Positions 57,332 to 64,000 of a stretch of 64,000 bases of DNA are shown here, one piece after another. Origin of the DNA: a virus (Duplodnaviria; Caudoviricetes); IMG/VR virus record IMGVR_UViG_3300002835_000006; one strand, 5' to 3'. The notes beneath the pieces were generated by a model. The model did not search any database, had not been told where the DNA came from, and was given only the letters and a program-made list of their open reading frames with translations. The translations under genes and the position numbers were made by a program. Position 1 is the stretch's first letter; each line of letters opens with the position of its first letter.

Positions 57332-59194
57332 ATGGACATTTCAAACAGAATTTTATCAGACATCACGGTGTACATGAAGTATGCAAAGTACATCCCTGAG
57401 TTAAAGAGAAGAGAGACTTGGCAAGAGTTAGTAACAAGAAACATGGAGATGCACATCAAAAAGTATCCCCAATTAGAAAAAGAAATCCGTGAGAACTACA
57501 TGTATGTTTACAAGAAACAAGTTCTCCCATCGATGAGGTCAATGCAGTTCGCAGGAAAACCAATCGAAATCTCACCAAACAGAATTTACAACTGTGCATA
57601 CGCACCCGTAGACGATTGGAGAGTATTCTCTGAAATCATGTTCTTATTACTTGGAGGTACAGGGGTTGGTTATTCCGTACAAAATCATCACGTTGAACAA
57701 CTTCCCGAAATTAGAAAACCAAGTAAGGATAGAGGTAGAAGATGGTTAGTTGCAGATTCTATTGAAGGATGGGCTGACGCTGTAAAAGTATTGGTTAAAT
57801 CCTATTTTTATGGAGGTTCTCACATTCAGTTTGATTTCAGTGACATCAGACCAAAAGGGGCTCGGTTGGTAACCTCAGGTGGTAAAGCACCTGGACCTCA
57901 ACCCCTCAAAGAGTGTCTTATAAAACTCGAAGGAATTTTGGATTCCAAGTCAGATGGTGAAAAACTAAGAGCTATTGAAGTTCATGATATGGTATGTCAT
58001 ATTGCTGACGCTGTATTGGCTGGTGGTATCAGAAGAGCGGCACTTATTTCATTATTTTCCGCAACAGATGAGGAAATGATTGGTTGTAAGAGTGGTTCTT
58101 GGTGGGAACATAACCCTCAAAGAGGACGAGCTAATAATTCCGCAGTACTAATGAGACACAAGATTACCAAAGACTATTTTATGGACCTTTGGAAAAGAAT
58201 CGAGGCTAGTGGTGCGGGAGAACCTGGAATCTACTTGAGTAACGATAAAGATTGGGGAACAAACCCATGTTGTGAAATTGCTCTAAGACCTTTCCAATTC
58301 TGTAATCTTACAGAGGTAAACGTATCGAATGTTGTATCACAGGAAGATTATGAGGACAGAGTAAAGGCTGCAACATTTATTGGAACCCTACAAGCAGGAT
58401 ATACTGATTTCCATTATCTTAGACCTATTTGGCAAAGAACAACAGAGAAAGATGCTTTGATTGGAATTTCAATGACAGGTATTGGTTCAGGAGCTGTGTT
58501 GGGTTTAAATATGAAAGCAGCGGCGAAAGTTGTTAAAGAAGAAAATAAAAGAGTTGCTGACGTTATTGGTATCAACCCTGCAGCGAGAACAACAACAGTT
58601 AAACCAGCAGGTACAACTTCACTTACATTAGGTACATCATCAGGAATCCATGCTTGGCACAATGATTATTATATAAGAAGGGTTAGAGTTGGTAAAAATG
58701 AATCAATCTATTCTTACTTAAAAGATAATCACTCAGAGTTAGTTGAGGATGAATATTTCAGACCACACGATACTGCAGTAATTGGTATTCCACAAAAAGC
58801 ACCCGAAGGGTCAATCCTGAGAAACGAATCACCAATTCAACTTCTTGAAAGAGTAAAAAGAGTTCAACAAGAGTGGATTAAACCAGGTCACAGAAGTGGT
58901 TCAAATGCTCACAACGTATCTGCAACAGTTTCCATTCGTGAACACGAGTGGCCTGCTGTAGGAGAGTGGATGTGGGAGAATAAAGAGTATTATAATGGAT
59001 TATCGGTATTACCATACGATGGAGGAACTTATATTCAAGCACCATTCGAAGATTGTTCGAAAGAAAAATACGAGGAGTTGATGAAAACGTTACACGACGT
59101 GGATTTATCAAAAATAGTAGAAGTAGATGATAATACAGACTTATCAGGCGAAGCGGCTTGTGCCGGTGGAGCTTGTGAAGTAAAATTTGTCTAA
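57332..59194 (+). CDS. nrdJ: class II (B12-dependent) ribonucleotide reductase, monomeric RTPR-like
   Basis: TNPCCEI, FCNL, TTVKPAGT, C-terminal ACAGGAC Cys pair; no beta subunit nearby. Confidence 0.88.
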   Translation: MDISNRILSDITVYMKYAKYIPELKRRETWQELVTRNMEMHIKKYPQLEKEIRENYMYVYKKQVLPSMRSMQFAGKPIEISPNRIYNCAYAPVDDWRVFSEIMFLLLGGTGVGYSVQNHHVEQLPEIRKPSKDRGRRWLVADSIEGWADAVKVLVKSYFYGGSHIQFDFSDIRPKGARLVTSGGKAPGPQPLKECLIKLEGILDSKSDGEKLRAIEVHDMVCHIADAVLAGGIRRAALISLFSATDEEMIGCKSGSWWEHNPQRGRANNSAVLMRHKITKDYFMDLWKRIEASGAGEPGIYLSNDKDWGTNPCCEIALRPFQFCNLTEVNVSNVVSQEDYEDRVKAATFIGTLQAGYTDFHYLRPIWQRTTEKDALIGISMTGIGSGAVLGLNMKAAAKVVKEENKRVADVIGINPAARTTTVKPAGTTSLTLGTSSGIHAWHNDYYIRRVRVGKNESIYSYLKDNHSELVEDEYFRPHDTAVIGIPQKAPEGSILRNESPIQLLERVKRVQQEWIKPGHRSGSNAHNVSATVSIREHEWPAVGEWMWENKEYYNGLSVLPYDGGTYIQAPFEDCSKEKYEELMKTLHDVDLSKIVEVDDNTDLSGEAACAGGACEVKFV

Positions 59195-59382
59195 TGAAAA
59201 AAAATGATAAAAATAAAGGGGAGAAGTCAGAAAAACTTCTCCCTTTGTATTATAGCGAAGGTGACAGAATAATTTTCACAGAAGAGTTCCATATTCGAAG
59301 GGGACAATGTTGTGGGAATGGATGTAGACACTGTCCATATGACCCTAAGTGGAAAAAGGGTAATACTTTAATAAAAAAATAA
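59194..59382 (+). CDS. DUF5522-like small Cys-rich protein
   Basis: FTEEFH.RRG.CCGNGCRHCPY. Confidence 0.75.
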   Translation: MKKNDKNKGEKSEKLLPLYYSEGDRIIFTEEFHIRRGQCCGNGCRHCPYDPKWKKGNTLIKK

Positions 59383-59402
59383 TCAAAGTATATTTATGGG
59401 AT

Positions 59403-59879
59403 ATGGCAGACGGAACAACCTATGGTATAAAATTCCCATTCAACGATTCTTTCAGAGGGGACTTTCTTGAGCTGACTGAGTATACCTCTCAACAAATAAG
59501 AGCTGATTTAATTCATCTTATTCTGACGAGGAAGGGTTCTAGATATTATTTACCTGAATTCGGAACTAGAATATACGAATTCGTTTTCGAACCTTTGGAC
59601 GGTTTGACATTCCAAGCTATAGAGTCAGATATAAGAGATGCGATACAAAGATTTATGCCAAATTTATTGGTGAATCAAATTACCATCGAACCGGCTGATG
59701 AATCTATGGAGGTCAACATGGAAATGGGTCAAATAACTGCGGATGAAACTGCAAGACTTTATGATGTTTACAGACTACCTGGAAGGGGTACAGCCGAGTA
59801 TACTGCAAAAATAAAAATAGATTATTCCACAAATGCTCAAACATTTGCCGAAAGTGATTTTATAATTATCAATATTTAA
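59403..59879 (+). CDS. baseplate wedge protein gp25-like
   Basis: GIKFPF, LILTRKGSR...PEFGT.I..F.FEP. Confidence 0.9.
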   Translation: MADGTTYGIKFPFNDSFRGDFLELTEYTSQQIRADLIHLILTRKGSRYYLPEFGTRIYEFVFEPLDGLTFQAIESDIRDAIQRFMPNLLVNQITIEPADESMEVNMEMGQITADETARLYDVYRLPGRGTAEYTAKIKIDYSTNAQTFAESDFIIINI

Positions 59880-59884
59880 AAATA

Positions 59885-61723
59885 ATGGCTAACCGTCAAA
59901 TATCATATACGTCAAGGGACTTTGCGTCAATCAGGGTTGAACTACAAAATTACGTAAGGACTTATTACCCTGAACTGATTCAAGATTTCAATGATGCATC
60001 AGTATTTTCTGTATTCTTAGATTTGAATGCTGCGGTTGCCGATAACTTACATTACCATATAGATAGAAGTATTCAAGAGACTGTTCTACAATACGCACAA
60101 CAAAAAACTTCTATATATAACATAGCGAGAACCTACGGTTTGAAAATCCCTGGTATGAGACCATCGGTATCATTAGTGGATTTTTCAATTACGGTTCCGG
60201 CGTTTGGAGATAAAGAAGATGAGAGATACTTAGGAACTTTGGTGAGAGGTTCTCAAATTATAGGTTCTGGATTGGTATTTGAAAATGTTGAGGATATTGA
60301 TTTCTCATCTCCGTACAATTCTCAAGGTTTTCCCAATAGAGTTAAAATACCAAATTTCAATAGTAATGGGATTTTAGTAAACTATACCATCACCAAAAGA
60401 GAAATAGTTGTAAACGGAATTACAAAAGTATTCAAAAGAGTAATAACACCAAGTGATGTGAAACCATTCTTTGAATTGTTCCTACCTGAAAAAAATGTTT
60501 TGGGTATTACAAGTGTATTGTTGAAGGATGGAACACAATATACAAACATTCCTACAACAGCTGAGTTTCTTGGTGCTGCAAATAGATGGTATGAAGTTGA
60601 CGCCCTAGCTGAGGATAGAGTATTTGTAGAAGACCCTACTAAAGTATCAGACCAACCAGGAATCAAAGTTGGAAGATATATACAAACTCAAAATAGGTTT
60701 ATTACCGAATACACCTCTGAGGGTTTTAAAAAAATGACTTTCGGTGGTGGTACAAATACTGCACAGGATGCCTTGGACCAATTCACTACGTTAGGTACCA
60801 CTTTGAATATCCAAAAGTATTCTAATAATATTTCCTTAGGTGCAGCTTTGAGACCTAATTCCACTTTGTTCATTCAGTATAGAGTGGGTGGAGGATTGAA
60901 TACTAACTTAGGTACAAATGTAATCAATCAAGTTGGCACAGTTTCATTTTTTGTGAACGGTCCATCTGAAACAATCAATACAGCTGTTGTAAACTCTTTG
61001 AGATGTACAAACGTAACTGCGGCAATCGGTGGGGCTAACATGCCAAGCACCGATGAGATTCGTAACTATGTATCATTCAATTTTTCTGCACAAAAAAGAG
61101 CTGTAACAGTTCAAGACTATGAATCCATAATCAGGAATATGCCTTCACAATTTGGTGCACCGGCTAAAGTATCAATAACAGAAAACGATAATAAAATATT
61201 GATTCAAATTCTATCGTATGATACACAGGGTAAACTTACGAATATTGTCTCCAATACCTTAAAACAAAATATTGCGAATTATTTGTCAAATTATAGAATG
61301 ATGAATGATTATATATCAATTTTCAGTGCTGAGGTGATTGATTTGAGTGTAGATGTATCTATTGTTTTGGATTCGGCTCAAAACTCAGGACAAGTGATTT
61401 CTTCTGTAATCGATAAAGTATCTACATATTTCAATCCACAGTTACGACAATTAGGTCAAAATGTTTATTTGTCTGAGTTGAGAAGTCAAATACAAAATAC
61501 TAATGGAGTTTTAACCGTGGCAGGACTAGATATTTTCAACGAGGTTGGTGGACAATATTCTTCAGCTGAAACTTCCATGAGATATTCAGACCCTGAGACA
61601 AGACAAATAGAACCTGTTGATGACACTATCTTTGCACAACCTAATCAGGTTTATCAAATTAGATTCCCTAATAAAGACATTCGAGTGTCAGTGAAGAACT
61701 TCCAAACAATTACATTCTCCTAA
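59885..61723 (+). CDS. baseplate wedge protein gp6/J-like
   Basis: YTSRDF.SIR, YRVGGG..TN, QKRAVTVQDY motifs. Confidence 0.85.
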   Translation: MANRQISYTSRDFASIRVELQNYVRTYYPELIQDFNDASVFSVFLDLNAAVADNLHYHIDRSIQETVLQYAQQKTSIYNIARTYGLKIPGMRPSVSLVDFSITVPAFGDKEDERYLGTLVRGSQIIGSGLVFENVEDIDFSSPYNSQGFPNRVKIPNFNSNGILVNYTITKREIVVNGITKVFKRVITPSDVKPFFELFLPEKNVLGITSVLLKDGTQYTNIPTTAEFLGAANRWYEVDALAEDRVFVEDPTKVSDQPGIKVGRYIQTQNRFITEYTSEGFKKMTFGGGTNTAQDALDQFTTLGTTLNIQKYSNNISLGAALRPNSTLFIQYRVGGGLNTNLGTNVINQVGTVSFFVNGPSETINTAVVNSLRCTNVTAAIGGANMPSTDEIRNYVSFNFSAQKRAVTVQDYESIIRNMPSQFGAPAKVSITENDNKILIQILSYDTQGKLTNIVSNTLKQNIANYLSNYRMMNDYISIFSAEVIDLSVDVSIVLDSAQNSGQVISSVIDKVSTYFNPQLRQLGQNVYLSELRSQIQNTNGVLTVAGLDIFNEVGGQYSSAETSMRYSDPETRQIEPVDDTIFAQPNQVYQIRFPNKDIRVSVKNFQTITFS

Positions 61724-61812
61724 CAAGTTTATTTTCCCTTGAGATAATCTATAATTAGGTTGTGTGTATTTTGTAAAAATACCACAATAACTATTTATCA
61801 TAAAAGTATTTG

Positions 61813-64000
61813 ATGGGTCAATCTTATCGTATAAGGACCGAGCTTGGTATTACAAAAACAATAAATGTAGAGCTTACTCAAGAATTTGAATTCTTAGAAA
61901 TTCTATCTCTTAAACTCCAACAACAAGATGTCTATTCAAGATTGTGTGCGGACTATGGTGTTGTTGTAGGAAGAGTTACTGCAAACAATGGCTTGGGTAT
62001 ACCAAATGCCAGAGTTGCTATTTTTGTTCCAATAGAACAAATTGACCAATCAAATCCTGTTATATCGTCCATATATCCTTACAATTCACCGTCTGACAGG
62101 AATGAGGATGGGTATAGGTATAATCTTCTACCTTACGAACCATCTTATACAGGCCATGCAGCCACAGGTACTTTACCATCAAGATTAGACGTGTTGACAG
62201 GACAAACCGCTGTTGAAATTTATGACAAATATTACAAACTAACTGCAAAAACTAATGACAGTGGGGATTACATGATTATGGGAGTTCCTCTTGGTGAGCA
62301 AACCATAGTAATGGATGTTGATTTATCTGACATAGGAGAATTCTCTCTTACACCTCAAGACCTTATTAGAATGGGTCTAGCGACAGAGGCCCAAGTCGCG
62401 GGAAATAGATTCAGAACATCTGCAGATTTGAACTCCCTACCTCAGATTATAAATTTAACAAAAGTTGTTGAAGTTTCTCCACTTTGGGGTGAACCTGCTG
62501 TTTGTCAAATAGCTATAAACAGAGTTGACTTTGATTTAAGAAATGAAGCTAACGTTGACATTCAACCCACAGCAGTTTTCATGGGTTCAATTTTTTCAAC
62601 TTCAGAACAATACGCAATCAAAAGAAATTCCAAACCCAAAGATGATTTTGGTAATCTTTGTCAGTTAGAAACAGGTCCAGGTCAAATTTTGGCTATACGT
62701 CAAACATTACAAGTTGATTTAAGTGGTAACCCTTTTTTAGAACAATATGAGATAGAAAAAAATGGTAATGTAATCGATGGTAACGGTGCTTGGTTGATTG
62801 AGTTACCTATGAATTTGGAGTATCTAGTAACAAATGAATTTGGAGAAAGGATAATTTCATACGACCCATCAATAGGAATACCAACAAAATCGAAGTATAG
62901 GTTTAAGATTAAATGGCAACAATCTTCTAATGCGTCTGAGCAATATAGAAGGGCGTATTATTTGATTCCTAACATAAGAGAATTCGGTTGGCCAAGTGAT
63001 ATACAAGACCCGAATCTCAGTAACATATTCAACTCTCAACTACAAAGTTCGTATTATTTTGGACTGGACTGGAGTGGATATACCTCAGGATTACAAGGGC
63101 AAGAAGCGGTTGATAAATTGGACCAAATTATAAATTGTGAAGACACTTTTTACGAATTTGAATATAACAGGGTTTATACGGTTTCAGGTTTAATAGACCA
63201 ATATAAAGATGGTTCAAGAGGTAGGTTTATAGGAATTAAAGAAATAGATAACAATTCTTGTGAGGAAACAGTAAACAAAGTTCCAGTGAATGAAGGATTC
63301 AGAAATTTCGACCTTCTTTTCTTTGTTTATAGTATATTACTACAAATATTACAGATTGTAGGTGTCCCACTTCTTATTACATATCACCTTATTGCCGCAC
63401 TTTGGAACTTTGTTGTTGATATTAGAAACGGTTTGACAACATTAGGATATGCAATTGGTGGTCTCATGACTTTAGTCGGTGCAATTGAGGTTATATTTGC
63501 CGGTACCCAATTCTCCTCAATTTTTACAAATCCAGGTGGGTTAGCCGGAGGTTTGGTTGTATTAAAAAAGGCTATCGCATTTACAACAACAGGTCTTACA
63601 ATATTAGGGATAACTATAGGTATTGATATATTGACAAGACTTTTGAGGAGAAGGTCGTTCAACAGATTTTATCTTCCAATTCTTACTTACCCCGATTGTT
63701 CATCCTGCTCTTGTGGTGAATCATTTTCAGATTCAGATGTGGGAGGTTCTAAAGTTTCTTTATTGACACAATTTTCAAGTAGTTTTTTTTATTATGAGAA
63801 AATTTTACAATCTCTAACCTCTCAATATTCAAGTGAAGATGCTCAAATCGTTGCACTTTCATTCTCTCAAGCAATGGGAACTGTGGGTGGTGATGAGGCT
63901 GCGGATAATTATAAAACTACCGTGTCACCTGAAACAAATTTAGTGGATGGTAATGATAGGTTTTTTGCTTATTCGCCAGACCTACCTTTTGGTGAAAGAA
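61813..64000 (+). CDS. large baseplate-associated protein (gp7 position), truncated by the window end; absent from the ORF track
   Basis: Manual translation open for 729 codons (MGQSYRIRTELG...); G.V....G.GIPNA.V and TNDSGDY carboxypeptidase-regulatory-like motifs; TATTTAT at 61792. Confidence 0.85.
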   Translation, partial: MGQSYRIRTELGITKTINVELTQEFEFLEILSLKLQQQDVYSRLCADYGVVVGRVTANNGLGIPNARVAIFVPIEQIDQSNPVISSIYPYNSPSDRNEDGYRYNLLPYEPSYTGHAATGTLPSRLDVLTGQTAVEIYDKYYKLTAKTNDSGDYMIMGVPLGEQTIVMDVDLSDIGEFSLTPQDLIRMGLATEAQVAGNRFRTSADLNSLPQIINLTKVVEVSPLWGEPAVCQIAINRVDFDLRNEANVDIQPTAVFMGSIFSTSEQYAIKRNSKPKDDFGNLCQLETGPGQILAIRQTLQVDLSGNPFLEQYEIEKNGNVIDGNGAWLIELPMNLEYLVTNEFGERIISYDPSIGIPTKSKYRFKIKWQQSSNASEQYRRAYYLIPNIREFGWPSDIQDPNLSNIFNSQLQSSYYFGLDWSGYTSGLQGQEAVDKLDQIINCEDTFYEFEYNRVYTVSGLIDQYKDGSRGRFIGIKEIDNNSCEETVNKVPVNEGFRNFDLLFFVYSILLQILQIVGVPLLITYHLIAALWNFVVDIRNGLTTLGYAIGGLMTLVGAIEVIFAGTQFSSIFTNPGGLAGGLVVLKKAIAFTTTGLTILGITIGIDILTRLLRRRSFNRFYLPILTYPDCSSCSCGESFSDSDVGGSKVSLLTQFSSSFFYYEKILQSLTSQYSSEDAQIVALSFSQAMGTVGGDEAADNYKTTVSPETNLVDGNDRFFAYSPDLPFGER

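Noticed and set aside
20784-59194. Inteins or introns in polB, recA, dnaB, SNF2 or nrdJ
   Set aside because: Lengths are normal and catalytic motifs are contiguous; no splice-junction or homing endonuclease motifs seen
668-63662. Many 60-136 aa overlapping ORFs in the track (e.g. 5940..6308, 7217..7522, 29354..29764, 38114..38506, 56825..57148)
   Set aside because: Antisense or alternate-frame shadows of well-supported genes, with no motifs or expression signals
1-64000. Stop-codon reassignment, as in some large Bacteroidota phages
   Set aside because: Core genes (polB, sheath, dnaB, nrdJ, 2264-aa hub) are full length under the standard code and TAA, TAG and TGA all end genes
1-64000. tRNA or rRNA genes
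   Set aside because: Intergenic gaps are short and AT-rich; no cloverleaf or T-loop signature seen

Overview
A 64-kb internal segment of a large, AT-rich, lytic T4-like (myovirus, 'jumbo') phage genome read with the standard genetic code. The host is probably Bacteroidota: there is a TTTG-N20-TATATTTG promoter before ssb and A-rich, Shine-Dalgarno-less start contexts. The window holds neck, tail and baseplate morphogenesis genes (gp13/14/15-like, sheath, tube, chaperone, tape measure, giant hub and wedge proteins) and a replication module (PolB, gp32-like SSB, RecA/UvsX, 5'-3' exonuclease, DnaB-like helicase, class II RNR, dUTPase, SNF2 helicase). The most striking accessory system is a set of three modular, Cys-rich, Thr/Pro-repeat (mucin-like) putative virion proteins followed directly by a GT60 polypeptide-GlcNAc-transferase homologue, a GT25 and two HtrL-like proteins. 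A second operon encodes a GT11 fucosyltransferase, an FkbM methyltransferase and GT2/GT4 enzymes. Together these suggest a phage-encoded protein O-glycosylation ('virion glycocalyx') pathway. Other signals: a recurring late-promoter-like TATTTAT motif; T4-style (I/L)xE leaders on non-structural enzymes (WYL, HAD, MnSOD fused to a PD-(D/E)xK-like domain) suggesting capsid packaging; an unannotated +1/-2 frameshift ORF before the tape measure; an OmpA-like domain inserted in a baseplate protein; a multi-helix hydrophobic segment in the gp7-position protein; and an unannotated RHH regulator with a candidate operator. All family assignments come from motif recognition by eye; no searches were run.
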